Below are positions 41,183-50,459 of a DNA stretch of 64,000 nucleotides, one piece after another. Position numbers and translations under genes: made by a program. The stretch comes from Candidatus Doudnabacteria bacterium (GTDB lineage: Bacteria; Patescibacteriota; Doudnabacteria; UBA920; O2-02-FULL-48-8), in assembly GCA_039931165.1 (NCBI GenBank), contig JBDTSL010000002.1, positions 71,134-135,133 of the forward strand, read 5' to 3'. The notes below the pieces were generated by a model. That model had not been told where the DNA came from, searched no databases, and was given only the letters and a program-made list of their open reading frames with translations. The stretch's first letter is position 1. Each line of letters starts with the position of its first letter.

Positions 41183-42817
41183 CTACTCTTCTGTCACCCG
41201 GAAAACTTCTTCCACGTCGGTGACTCCCTGCAATGCTTTCAAAATCCCGTCCTGGGCCATGGTGATCATGCCGTCAAGTACGGCCTGATTTTTCAGTTCC
41301 GTGGTTGTGGCCCCTTTGGTGATCAGTTTTTCGATCTCGTCATTGATCGTGAAAACCTCATACACTCCCATCCGCCCTTTATAACCCAACCCGTTGCATT
41401 TGACGCATCCGGGGCTGTGATAAAAGATAAGTTTTTTCGGCACATCGGCCTTGGAATTTTTGGGAATGGTTTTCAGGATCATCTCAACTCTGGACTGCAA
41501 ATTATCCGGCAATTTATATTCCTGTTTGCAGAATGTGCAAATTTTACGGACCAGCCGCTGGCCGATGATAATGTTTATCGCCGGCGCGAGCACAAATGGC
41601 TTGATCCCCATGTCCAAAAGCCTCGGGATAGCCGAGGGGGCATCATTGGTATGCAGGGTCGAAAGCACGATATGGCCGGTGAGCGCCGCTTGCGCCGCGA
41701 TCTCGGCGGTTTCCAGATCCCGCATTTCCCCGACCATCACGATATCCGGGTCTTGCCGCAGAATCGCGCGCAACCCGGCGGCAAAGGTCATGCCTGCCCG
41801 GGCATCGATCGGGGTTTGGGTAATGCCGGAAATTTTATACTCCACAGGATCTTCCAGGGTGATGATCTTCACTCCAGGCTGATTGAGCTTGTTTAAAATC
41901 GCGTACAGGGTCGTGGTTTTGCCCGAGCCGGTGGGACCGGTGGTCAGGAGCATGCCGTTGGGCTTTTCCATTTCGTGAACGATGCGGTCGTGGGCGAATC
42001 CGATTATTCCAAGCTCTTCAAACTTCAGCGCCCCTTTATCCTGGCGCAAAATTCTCATCACGATCGATTCGCCGAAAGCCGAAGGGATGACCGAGACCCT
42101 GATGTCTATCGGGGCGTTATCGTAGGTGAAGCTAAAACTGCCGTCCTGCGGAGTCACCAGAACATTCAGCTTCAGTTTGGACAGGATCTTGATGCGCGAA
42201 ATAATCTGATGATACAGATCCAAATGGAGGGAGACGGCATCCTGCAAAACCCCGTCAATCCGAAACCGGACTTTTACGTAGAACGATTCCGGCTCGAGAT
42301 GAATATCTGACGCGTCCAAATGAAGGGCGTCGCCCAAAATCTGCTCCATGAATTCGGTGGCCGAAACCGTGGTGAATTTCGCGGCCAGTTCCTTCAGAGA
42401 GGTGATCTGAAAATCCACGCTGGCCAGATCCATCGTAGCCGACTTGCGCTGCGTGGTGATGACTTTCTCGTAACCTTCCAGAACGTGGGTCAAGCTGGAA
42501 ACGGAAATTATATAAGAATCGATAAAATAGCCCTGCTCCTGCAATTGTTTGAAAACCCGGTTGATCTCGTCGGAGGGTGCTACCATCCCCACTTTCAAAT
42601 TCCGGCCTTCTTTATAAAAAACAACAACCCGCAAGGCAGCTGCCGTCTCCTGCGGGATCAAGCCCAAAGCCTGCGTATCGACCGGGAACCCATAGAGGTT
42701 GATATACGCGACTTCCTGCTGTTCGGCTTTTTTTTGTGTTTCTTCTTCTTCGTATTTGCGGTCAAGCTCGGAATAAACCTGCTTGACGTGCATGGCTCTG
42801 TCTTGCAAAGACGGCAT
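41183..42817 (-). CDS. pilB: type II secretion / type IV pilus assembly ATPase (GspE/PilB family)
   Basis: 544 aa; 'LLTTGPTGSGKTTTLYA' Walker A; 'DPDIVMVGEMRD' Asp box; tetracysteine 'CTFCKQ...CVKCNGLG'. Confidence 0.85.
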   Translation of the reverse strand: MPSLQDRAMHVKQVYSELDRKYEEEETQKKAEQQEVAYINLYGFPVDTQALGLIPQETAAALRVVVFYKEGRNLKVGMVAPSDEINRVFKQLQEQGYFIDSYIISVSSLTHVLEGYEKVITTQRKSATMDLASVDFQITSLKELAAKFTTVSATEFMEQILGDALHLDASDIHLEPESFYVKVRFRIDGVLQDAVSLHLDLYHQIISRIKILSKLKLNVLVTPQDGSFSFTYDNAPIDIRVSVIPSAFGESIVMRILRQDKGALKFEELGIIGFAHDRIVHEMEKPNGMLLTTGPTGSGKTTTLYAILNKLNQPGVKIITLEDPVEYKISGITQTPIDARAGMTFAAGLRAILRQDPDIVMVGEMRDLETAEIAAQAALTGHIVLSTLHTNDAPSAIPRLLDMGIKPFVLAPAINIIIGQRLVRKICTFCKQEYKLPDNLQSRVEMILKTIPKNSKADVPKKLIFYHSPGCVKCNGLGYKGRMGVYEVFTINDEIEKLITKGATTTELKNQAVLDGMITMAQDGILKALQGVTDVEEVFRVTEE

Positions 42818-42854
42818 AGATTTTATTTTTTAATCTAGCCTAAGTATAACACAA

Positions 42855-43991
42855 TTACTTGCCGTTAAATTTCGCCGCTTGCGGACCGAGCTGGGACAAA
42901 ACCAGCTTTTCGGCATTGAGCACGGAATCCGGCACCACGAACTTGATTGTCTGCGGGCCTGAAACCTGGGGCTGGTAGCGCGAAAAAAGTTCAGCAAGAT
43001 TGATCGGCACTATGGATTGCAAAAAAACGGTGGTCTGATTTTCCGCATCTTCTTTCAAAAACAAAAAGATCTTGGCAAAAGACAGCTGGCTGGCCATTTC
43101 CTTGATGATGGCCCGTGCGTCTTCTTCTGTCGCTCCGGCCTTGGCCAGATCGGATTGATTGACCTGCGAATACACCAAAAGATTGTCAAAGTCCTGGCTT
43201 AAACGCGCCAGGACCCGGCCCCATAATTTCAGCAGGCCCAGAGATTTGCTCTTATACAGGTGGCCGACGATCTCCTGCTGCTTGGCGCCCAGGCTGACCA
43301 GCTGGGAGGCTTTCAAGAATACCTGGGGCGTGGTCCTGATGTGCTGGAAGCTGTTGGTTTCGGCGATGATGCCGGTCAGAAGCTGAGTGGCGATATTTTC
43401 GTCGATCAGACTGCCTTCAAATTTATTGATCAGATCCAGAATTATTTCCGAACATGAGGTGGCGGTCAGGTCTATAAAATTAATCAACCCGTAATTTTCG
43501 TTGCTGGGCCGAAAATCAATATTGATGACCGGGGTTTGGAAAAACAATTGCGCGTTCCGGCTGTAAAACTCCCCCAATTGCTCGAGGCCGGTTATGCCGA
43601 CCATGACCACCAGGTCAAACGGAAAATTCGAGGCGTCAAATGTGATGTCATTGGAAGTAAATTCGCCCTTCGAAGGCTTGAGAATTATAGAAAGCTGCTC
43701 CGGAGTTTTTTTGTAGCTGAGTTCCGCCACCTGGATCTTTTTGGTGGCGACATTGATTACCAGGCTTTTGGTCAGGTCGATCTGCGTCTGAACCTGCGAA
43801 CTTTCGGGCAAAAATCCGAACTTCGCGGAAACTTCCGTGTAGCTGAGCAAGGTCACTTCTTTTTCCAGTTTTCTCAAAAAAGCCCCTAAAGCCAATGAAG
43901 CGGCCAGGCTGTCGCCATTGGTCCCGGTGGCGATGATCAGAACGCTTTTGGCCGGTGATAGTTTGGAGATGATTTGCTGTACTTCGTCCAT
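42855..43991 (-). CDS. hypothetical protein with degenerate DHH-phosphoesterase-like motifs
   Basis: 378 aa; 'VLIIATGTNGDSLAASLAL' resembles DHH motif I, but the DHH triad position reads 'INIDFRP'. Weak assignment. Confidence 0.3.
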   Translation of the reverse strand: MDEVQQIISKLSPAKSVLIIATGTNGDSLAASLALGAFLRKLEKEVTLLSYTEVSAKFGFLPESSQVQTQIDLTKSLVINVATKKIQVAELSYKKTPEQLSIILKPSKGEFTSNDITFDASNFPFDLVVMVGITGLEQLGEFYSRNAQLFFQTPVINIDFRPSNENYGLINFIDLTATSCSEIILDLINKFEGSLIDENIATQLLTGIIAETNSFQHIRTTPQVFLKASQLVSLGAKQQEIVGHLYKSKSLGLLKLWGRVLARLSQDFDNLLVYSQVNQSDLAKAGATEEDARAIIKEMASQLSFAKIFLFLKEDAENQTTVFLQSIVPINLAELFSRYQPQVSGPQTIKFVVPDSVLNAEKLVLSQLGPQAAKFNGK

Positions 43992-44113
43992 AAATATGTG
44001 ATTAGATAATCATAACAGTATAGTTGATTTCTTCTCCGCCGTCAAGACTAGAATAAAAAAGGACTTCAAGTCTGGACTCGAAAGTCCAAAACCAAAAGTC
44101 CGAAAACCCACGG

Positions 44114-44476
44114 CTACTGGCCGGCGCGAAACGCGTCGATCTTGGCCTGGCACACGGCGCAGCGGTCCTGACCGAGGTGAAACCCGACCGCGTGTTTGAG
44201 CGAAAAATTCTCACCGGCGATTGCGTAACCCTGGAGGATGTTGTTCTCAGGGCAACGAGCCCGCCAGTCGAGCGCGATCATCCGCTGGCAGTAATCGGCG
44301 CACGAGGCGATGTGCTCGCACTCCTCAGCCGTCAGGATCGGCGCGATCCGGGGATTTAGAACCAGTTTCGAGAACGTAAGGCACTGTTCGGTCCGGTTGC
44401 GATGGCGGTTGGGAGCACTTTCCTCCCTTTTTTCACCGAGCTCTCGGAGCATGTCCCCAAAGGGTTTCAACGCCAT
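44114..44476 (-). CDS. hypothetical Cys-rich protein on a GC-rich patch
   Basis: 120 aa; 'CEHIASCADYCQ...CPENN...CAVCQ'. Local GC clearly above the window average, which suggests foreign origin. Confidence 0.35.
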   Translation of the reverse strand: MALKPFGDMLRELGEKREESAPNRHRNRTEQCLTFSKLVLNPRIAPILTAEECEHIASCADYCQRMIALDWRARCPENNILQGYAIAGENFSLKHAVGFHLGQDRCAVCQAKIDAFRAGQ

Positions 44477-44595
44477 TTCGTCCTCCTCCTTAACACGATC
44501 ATCATCAGTACCTTGACACTCAAAACCGTATTCTGGTTTTGGCTAGGCAGTATAATACTTATAGGAACTTACGTCAAGACTTGCTAGAATAAAGC

Positions 44596-45018
44596 ATGCT
44601 TACCTACCGCAATTTGACCCTGAAGGAAACTCAAAACCTAGCCGCTGGTCTGGCAGACGAATTACGCCACCGCGGTGCGGTTATTGGCCTAATTGGCGAG
44701 CTCGGCAGCGGTAAGACGACCTTTACTAAGGCCTTTGCCAAACAACTAGGCATAAAAAAGATCACCAGCCCGACCTTTGTCACTACTCATGAATATAACA
44801 TCAGGCAAGGCAAACTCTATCACTTGGATTTTTACCGGCTGAAAAAATCCCATGAACTGCTGCCGATCGGGTTTTCCGAAATGCGCCAAAACAAAAATCT
44901 GGTGCTGGTGGAATGGGTCGACCGTTTCCCGCAGATAAAAAGGCAATGTGATATACTGATTAGCCTTAAATACAGAGAACACAACAAACGAGATGTCATT
45001 ATCCAAGCTCAAAATTAA
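44596..45018 (+). CDS. tsaE: tRNA threonylcarbamoyladenosine biosynthesis ATPase TsaE
   Basis: 140 aa; 'VIGLIGELGSGKTTFTKAFAKQLGI' P-loop; 'SPTFV...YHLDFYRL' TsaE signature. Confidence 0.8.
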   Translation: MLTYRNLTLKETQNLAAGLADELRHRGAVIGLIGELGSGKTTFTKAFAKQLGIKKITSPTFVTTHEYNIRQGKLYHLDFYRLKKSHELLPIGFSEMRQNKNLVLVEWVDRFPQIKRQCDILISLKYREHNKRDVIIQAQN

Positions 45019-46219
45019 CACCATTGCGAGGAGCGCAAGCGACGAAGCAATCTTAACCATGGGCCAGATTGCCGCGGCCTGCGGCCTCGCAATGGTTATA
45101 TTTTTTTCTTTTGCCATTCCTAAACCCGCCCATGCCAAAACTTTATCTTTCGGAGACAAAAAATGGGAGCTTGAACCCAATTTTGTTCAAACAGTTGACG
45201 AAATTTCGGTCCGCAACGACTTCGATCTTTTGGAGCTGTCGCGTGCCGCGATGTTTGGCAGCGAATTAAAGCAAACCACCAGGCTGTTTGACGAAGCCAC
45301 GATCAGCGCTGTGGATCAAGTGGAGCTGGACGTGGACCAGCAAACGCATGACGCGGTTTTAAAAATCGACAACCATACCGCCACGTTCTTCGATCCCGGC
45401 CAAAACGGCCAGGCACTGGACCTGTACGCGCTGCGCGATCTTCTGACCTCCGATAGTCCTTTGGTTGACCTGCCTGTTTTGATCTCTTTGCCCAAGCATT
45501 CTCTGGGGCAAACCAATGATCTGGGGATCAAGGAACTCGTCGCCACAGGTGAGTCCAATTTCAAAGGGTCGCCATCCAACAGAATTCATAATATCAAAAT
45601 CGGGGCCCAGAAATTCAACGGAGTCGTGGTCGGGGCCGGCGAAGAATTTTCTTTTAACAAATTTTTGGGCGACGTCGACGATAAGCATGGATTTTTGCCG
45701 GAACTGGTGATCAAGCCGGAAGGCGTGATCCCGGAATTCGGCGGCGGCCTGTGCCAGGTCTCGACCACTACTTTCCGCGCGGCCATGAATGCCGGCCTGC
45801 CCATCACCGCCCGCCGCAACCACAGCTTTGCCGTGCAGTATTACGCGCCGCAGGGCACAGATGCCACGATTTATCCCGGCTCATCGGACCTGAAATTCAC
45901 TAACAACCTAGCGAGCGCTCTGCTCATCCGGACCAGAATTGAGGACAGAAAATTATACTTTGATTTTTATGGCACTAAAGATGACCGAAGCATCAGTTTT
46001 GACGGGCCAACCGTGTATGACAGAAAAACCGACGGTTCCATGAAAGCCACCTGGACCAGGCATGTGACTCTGAATGACCAAACTACGGATCAGACTTTCA
46101 GAAGCACTTATCTGCCGCCGGCGCTGTTCCATCACGACGCGGTGGTGGTACCCAGTATCCCCAATCCGCAGATAGCCGGCGAAACCCTGGTTCCAATAAC
46201 ACCGCCGGTGGTACAATAA
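44993..46219 (+). CDS. VanW family protein
   Basis: 408 aa; N-terminal TM anchor; 'EFGGGLCQVSTTTFRAAMNAGLPITARRNHSFAVQYY' is the VanW domain core. Confidence 0.75.
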   Translation: MSLSKLKINTIARSASDEAILTMGQIAAACGLAMVIFFSFAIPKPAHAKTLSFGDKKWELEPNFVQTVDEISVRNDFDLLELSRAAMFGSELKQTTRLFDEATISAVDQVELDVDQQTHDAVLKIDNHTATFFDPGQNGQALDLYALRDLLTSDSPLVDLPVLISLPKHSLGQTNDLGIKELVATGESNFKGSPSNRIHNIKIGAQKFNGVVVGAGEEFSFNKFLGDVDDKHGFLPELVIKPEGVIPEFGGGLCQVSTTTFRAAMNAGLPITARRNHSFAVQYYAPQGTDATIYPGSSDLKFTNNLASALLIRTRIEDRKLYFDFYGTKDDRSISFDGPTVYDRKTDGSMKATWTRHVTLNDQTTDQTFRSTYLPPALFHHDAVVVPSIPNPQIAGETLVPITPPVVQ

Positions 46220-46223
46220 ATAT

Positions 46224-47462
46224 ATGTCATACCATCCAAACAAAAAAATACTCGACCGCTATGCCGCAGTTTTGGTTCACTTCGCCCTTGGCGGAGGCAA
46301 AGGGATAAAAAAAGGCGACGTGGTCAGGGTTTCCAGCAACGAATCGGCCAAACCGCTGTTCATGGCCGTGTGCAATGCGGTCGTGGACGGAGGCGGTCAC
46401 GTCATTTCGCATTACGCTCCCGACGACGAGCGAGGAGACAAGCGCCGAAACGAAAGCTTCACCAGATATTTTTATGAAAACGCCAAAGACCATCAAATAG
46501 ATTTTTTCCCGGCCAAATATCTGAAGGGGCTGGTCGATGAAATGCACCATTCGCTGTTCATCCTTTCGGATGTGGACCCGCATGCGCTCAAAGGCGTAGA
46601 CCCAAAAAAGATCATGCGCCGAGGCATAGCTCTCAAGCAATTCATGGATTGGCGGCATGAGAAGGAATGGAAAGGCAATTTCACCTGGACCATCGGCCTG
46701 TACGGAACCAAAGCCATGGCCCGGGAAGCGGGGCTATCGGAAAAAGCCTACTGGAACCAGATCATAAAAGCATGTTTTCTGGACCAGAGGGATCCGATCG
46801 CGAAATGGAAACAGGTTTACCGGGATCTGGAACATTACCGCGCCAAACTCAACAAACTCGCTCCCAGCATCGACCGCCTGCATGCGGTCGGCCCCGATAT
46901 GGACCTCTGGGTCAAATTTGGCGACAAGCGCAGCTGGCTCGGCGGCAGCGGACGGAACATCCCGAGCTTCGAACTGTTCACATCCCCGGATTGGCGCGGC
47001 ACCGAAGGCTGGATCCGGTTCAATCAGCCGCTTTACCGCTACGGCAATAAGATCACAGGCATTCAGCTCTGGTTTGTGAATGGCCGGGTGGTAAAAAGTT
47101 CCGCGACCTCGAACTATAAACTCCTGAAAGAAATGATCGCCACCAAAGGCGCGGATAAGATCGGAGAATATTCCCTGACCGACCGGCGCTATTCCCGCAT
47201 TACCAAATTCATGGCCGAAACTTTGTTTGACGAAAACATGGGAGGCCCCCATGGCAACACGCACATCGCGCTCGGCATGTCCTACCGCGACACTTATTCC
47301 GGCAATGTTTCGAAACTGACGAAAAAACAATCCGAGGCGCTGGGGTTCAATGACTCCTCGGTGCATACTGATATCATCTCAACAACCCCGCGGACAGTTA
47401 CCGCGCATCTAAAAAACGGCAAAGAGAAGATCATCTACGCCCACGGCCAATTTGTGCTGTAA
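46224..47462 (+). CDS. aminopeptidase, M29 (AmpS/PepS thermophilic metalloprotease) family
   Basis: 412 aa; N-terminal 'LDRYAAVLVHFALGGGKGIKKGDVV' and C-terminal 'HIALG...TDII' layout of M29 aminopeptidases. Confidence 0.65.
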   Translation: MSYHPNKKILDRYAAVLVHFALGGGKGIKKGDVVRVSSNESAKPLFMAVCNAVVDGGGHVISHYAPDDERGDKRRNESFTRYFYENAKDHQIDFFPAKYLKGLVDEMHHSLFILSDVDPHALKGVDPKKIMRRGIALKQFMDWRHEKEWKGNFTWTIGLYGTKAMAREAGLSEKAYWNQIIKACFLDQRDPIAKWKQVYRDLEHYRAKLNKLAPSIDRLHAVGPDMDLWVKFGDKRSWLGGSGRNIPSFELFTSPDWRGTEGWIRFNQPLYRYGNKITGIQLWFVNGRVVKSSATSNYKLLKEMIATKGADKIGEYSLTDRRYSRITKFMAETLFDENMGGPHGNTHIALGMSYRDTYSGNVSKLTKKQSEALGFNDSSVHTDIISTTPRTVTAHLKNGKEKIIYAHGQFVL

Positions 47463-47498
47463 AAAAAGCGGTCCTAATCGTGGTATACTGAAAGTGCC

Positions 47499-48533
47499 AT
47501 GATCACCCAAGATTCCGATGAAACCAACATTATCAGCCCTGCTCCCGTTTCCGACGAAACGCTTTTTGAGGCAACTTTAAGGCCGCAAAAACTGGCAGAT
47601 TACGTCGGCCAGGAAAAGATCAAAGAAAATCTGAAGATCCTGGTCGAGGCGGCGTCCGCGCGCAAAGAAACACTGGAGCACATCCTGCTTTACGGCCCGC
47701 CGGGACTGGGCAAAACCACGCTGGCCCATATCATCGCCCGCGAGATCGGCGCAAATATCAAGATCACTTCCGGCCCGGCCATAGAAAAAGCCGGAGACCT
47801 CGCTTCAATTCTGACCAACCTCGGCGAAAACGATGTTTTGTTTATTGATGAAATTCACAGGTTGAATAAAGTGGTGGAAGAAATTCTTTATCCGGCCATG
47901 GAAGATTATTGCCTGGACATTGTCCTGGGCAAAGGCGCCGGAGCCAAAGCCCTGCGCCTGGATCTGCCGAAATTCACGCTGATCGGGGCCACGACCCGCA
48001 TCGGCCTGCTTACCGGTCCGTTCCGCGACCGGTTCGGCATGACCTATCGTTTGGATTATTATGAAGAAAATGAAATTGAACAGATCATTGAGCGGGCGGC
48101 CAAAATTCTGAATATTAAAATTGATTCCGACGGCAAAGCCGAGATCGCCAAAAGAGCCAGGCGCACCCCGAGAGTGGCCAATCGCCTGCTGAAACGCGTG
48201 CGGGACTTTGCGCAAGTCAAAGCCGGTGGTAAAATTAATCAAACGGTGTCCCAGCAGGCCCTGGCCCAGCTGGAAGTGGATACCTTGGGCCTCGATGGCA
48301 ATGACCGCCGGATATTGGAGGCTTTGATCGATAAATTTTCGGGCGGGCCGGTGGGACTTTCCTCTATTGCCGCGGCCACCTCCGAAGATATGGGCACGAT
48401 CGAGGAAATTTACGAACCTTTTCTGCTGCGCCTGGGGCTGATCGCCCGCACACCCAAAGGGCGCGTGGCCACCGCTGCGGCTTATGATCATCTTAAAAAA
48501 ATCCCAAAACAAACAGCGCAAACTCTACTCTAA
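47499..48533 (+). CDS. ruvB: Holliday junction branch migration DNA helicase RuvB
   Basis: 344 aa; '[19 protein letters not shown]', '[18 protein letters not shown]' Walker A, 'LFIDEIHRL' Walker B. Confidence 0.95.
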   Translation: MITQDSDETNIISPAPVSDETLFEATLRPQKLADYVGQEKIKENLKILVEAASARKETLEHILLYGPPGLGKTTLAHIIAREIGANIKITSGPAIEKAGDLASILTNLGENDVLFIDEIHRLNKVVEEILYPAMEDYCLDIVLGKGAGAKALRLDLPKFTLIGATTRIGLLTGPFRDRFGMTYRLDYYEENEIEQIIERAAKILNIKIDSDGKAEIAKRARRTPRVANRLLKRVRDFAQVKAGGKINQTVSQQALAQLEVDTLGLDGNDRRILEALIDKFSGGPVGLSSIAAATSEDMGTIEEIYEPFLLRLGLIARTPKGRVATAAAYDHLKKIPKQTAQTLL

Positions 48534-48550
48534 TAGATACATTAAATAAA

Positions 48551-48674
48551 AATAATCCGAATTTGCGAGGAGCCCTGTACCAGCGCTCGGTACGGGGCGA
48601 CGAAGCAATCTATTCATTAGGATAGACTACCGCGCGACCGCCATGATTAAGACTCAAAAGATATAGCGGTCGCT
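48551..48674 (+). ncRNA. structured non-coding element, family 2, copy B
   Basis: Homolog (in + orientation) of 19141-19250; closing stem atttgcgag/ctcgcagat; lies between ruvB and a small membrane-protein gene. Confidence 0.5.
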
Positions 48675-48699
48675 CGCAGATGCGTAAAAGTTAAAATAT

Positions 48700-48921
48700 A
48701 TGACACCATATCAACCAACCTCCCTCTGGCCCACCATCCTGGCTCTGGTTTTCTATATCCTCATGGCCGCGTACGTCCTCTACAGCCTGCTGGCAATTTA
48801 CGCCCTGGTGAAATTCGGCCGGTCCAAAGGCCTGGCGATCCTGGTCTCGCTTTTTTACCTGGCGATTTCATCGGGCCTGTACGCGGCAGCCGTGATAAAC
48901 CTGAATAATATTAAATTTTAA
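48700..48921 (+). CDS. hypothetical small membrane protein (two TM helices)
   Basis: 73 aa hydrophobic ORF immediately downstream of family-2 element copy B. Confidence 0.35.
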   Translation: MTPYQPTSLWPTILALVFYILMAAYVLYSLLAIYALVKFGRSKGLAILVSLFYLAISSGLYAAAVINLNNIKF

Positions 48922-48946
48922 TCTTCTATTTTCTATTTTCTAGCTT

Positions 48947-49516
48947 ATGAATTGGCCTAGCTTCAAACCTTCTTTTTTCCCCGGACAGCAGGAGAACGAA
49001 AGAATCTGCCTGGTGGTGCGCGAACACTGGATGGTCCTGTTCTTCCGCCTTTCTGCCTGGCTGATATTTGCGGCGGTTTTGGTTTTGTCCGACTGGTTTA
49101 TCGGCATGTACCTTCCGGCTCTCAAATCCGACCCTTGGGTTGCGTGGGTCAGCCTGCTGCGCTCCGTCTATCTCATGTTTCTGATGCTCGGACTGCTGAT
49201 CATCTGGGTCATCTATTACCTGAATGTGCAGATCATCACCAATGAGCGCGTGGTGGACATTGAGCAGGATTCGCTTCTGAAGCGGAGAGTGTCCGAACTG
49301 CACTTAAGCCGCTTGGAGGATGTCACCTCCGAGGTCAACGGCATATTCGGCACGTTTCTGAATTACGGCAATGTCTATATCCAGACCGCGGCCGAGACCG
49401 AACGGTTCACATTCTCCCGCGTCCCCGATCCGGCAGCCATCGAAAAAATGATCCTCGACCTGTACGAACAACTGCCGGAAAACGAAAAACTCCAAAAAGA
49501 ACCGCTAAAAAAATGA
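48947..49516 (+). CDS. membrane-flanked bacterial PH-domain protein (YdbS/bPH_2-like)
   Basis: 189 aa; two TM helices followed by 'ERVVDIEQDSLLKRRVSELHLSRLEDV...GNVYIQT' bPH_2 pattern. Confidence 0.55.
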   Translation: MNWPSFKPSFFPGQQENERICLVVREHWMVLFFRLSAWLIFAAVLVLSDWFIGMYLPALKSDPWVAWVSLLRSVYLMFLMLGLLIIWVIYYLNVQIITNERVVDIEQDSLLKRRVSELHLSRLEDVTSEVNGIFGTFLNYGNVYIQTAAETERFTFSRVPDPAAIEKMILDLYEQLPENEKLQKEPLKK

Positions 49517-49700
49517 AAAAAGACTCGAAAGAGTCTTTTTTCATCCCGAGGCCGTTTGGCCGAGGGATCTGCAACTTACCGCCGAAAGGCGGTTTTTTCA
49601 TGCATCTGGCATATTCTCTCCCCTTTCAGGGGAGATGTCGCCATAGGCGACAGAGAGGTAGCTACCTCTCCCGAAAAAATCCGACTCAAGGGTTTTTTTT
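49516..49700. terminator. array of at least six consecutive perfect hairpins (convergent-gene terminator cluster)
   Basis: aaaaagactcgaaagagtctttttt; accgccgaaaggcggtttttt; ctcccctttcaggggag; gtcgccataggcgac; gagaggtagctacctctc; followed by a T8 tract. Confidence 0.6.
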
Positions 49701-49844
49701 AGAAAAATCCGCCCAAAGCGACAATACTCCCACAGCGGCGAAAAGCGCCGCTTCCAGCCAATTGTTTTTTTGGACTGCCTCGATCAAAGCAATCCCGAAA
49801 AACAGGATAAAAACCGTAAGATTTGCGAATTTTATATTTTTCAT
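49686..49844 (-). CDS. possible 52-aa hydrophobic peptide (not in ORF track)
   Basis: Hand translation MKNIKFANLTVFILFFGIALIEAVQKNNWLEAALFAAVGVLSLWADFSKKNP; two hydrophobic segments; no homology support. Confidence 0.25.
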   Translation of the reverse strand: MKNIKFANLTVFILFFGIALIEAVQKNNWLEAALFAAVGVLSLWADFSKKNP

Positions 49845-49861
49845 AGTTGTAAAAAATTAAG

Positions 49862-49902
49862 GTTTATCTCCGACATTTGGAAAAATTTTGTCAGAATTCG
49901 AC
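49862..49902 (+). repeat. 41-bp direct repeat R1a
   Basis: gtttatctccgacatttggaaaaattttgtcagaattcgac; about 37/41 identical to 50025-50065; a looser third copy at 41036-41063. Confidence 0.75.
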
Positions 49903-49911
49903 CCGAGGCCC

Positions 49912-49982
49912 ATCCCAGACATTAGCTGGCCTTGGGCTCAGCCCGAGGCCTAATGCTATCGGAAGCTGGGATCTAAACCTGC
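49912..49982 (+). repeat. nested-helix element E1 (related to 51715-51746)
   Basis: P1 atcccag/ctgggat, P2 cattag/ctaatg, P3 ggcct/aggcc, apical gggctcagccc. Core g.ctcagcccgag..c.aatgct.tcgg shared with E2. Confidence 0.6.
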
Positions 49983-50024
49983 AGTTTAATACTTAGCCTC
50001 GACCGTTTGAAAAATTTATAGGCA

Positions 50025-50065
50025 GTTTATTTTCGACACTTGGAAAAATTATGTCAGAATTCGAC
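50025..50065 (+). repeat. 41-bp direct repeat R1b
   Basis: gtttattttcgacacttggaaaaattatgtcagaattcgac. Confidence 0.75.
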
Positions 50066-50156
50066 GCGTGAGCTAAGAATTCTGGATAATTTTTCCCGTG
50101 TCGCCAATTTTTGGCGCCACCTTTTGTTTGGCACAAAAGGTGGCATAAAAAAATAA

Positions 50157-50459
50157 CTATTCGCTGGATTTGGATTTGCCGGCTAAATTCGCCAACCCCA
50201 CAGCCACGCAGTGCTGGCAAAAAAATCCTTTGCGGGAACTGCAGGTGCATTTCCATCTCAGCCCGTTCGGTGTGGACTCCAGCATCACGGTCCGGCGCTG
50301 ACCGTCCCCATGCTTGACCCGAGCCTCGATCCTGAAGGTCTTTTTTTCGTGAATTTGCACATCGCCGGCATCCGCGATGGCCTGGCCATAGCGAAAATGC
50401 GACCTGCTCGACAGGTCTTTTAATTCTTCCAAGGTTAACAATGAATTCAGAGGCTTCAT
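50157..50459 (-). CDS. SWIM zinc-finger domain protein
   Basis: 100 aa; 'WKCTCSSRKGFFCQHCVAV' = CxCx(n)CxH SWIM signature; start overlaps the stop of the upstream nuclease gene by 4 nt. Confidence 0.7.
   Translation of the reverse strand: MKPLNSLLTLEELKDLSSRSHFRYGQAIADAGDVQIHEKKTFRIEARVKHGDGQRRTVMLESTPNGLRWKCTCSSRKGFFCQHCVAVGLANLAGKSKSSE

Noticed and set aside
46734-47366. 210-aa minus-strand ORF within the M29 aminopeptidase gene
   Set aside because: Antisense frame with no motifs.
47805-48521. 238-aa minus-strand ORF within ruvB
   Set aside because: Antisense frame of ruvB.
49513-49860. 115-aa + strand ORF
   Set aside because: It spans the hairpin array and T-runs and its translation is low-complexity. 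It is better explained as terminator structure plus a possible minus-strand 52-aa peptide.
49862-50065. CRISPR array
   Set aside because: There are only two copies of the 41-bp repeat, separated by ~120 bp of structured sequence rather than uniform 30-40-bp spacers, with a looser third copy 9 kb away. No cas1/cas2 are present.
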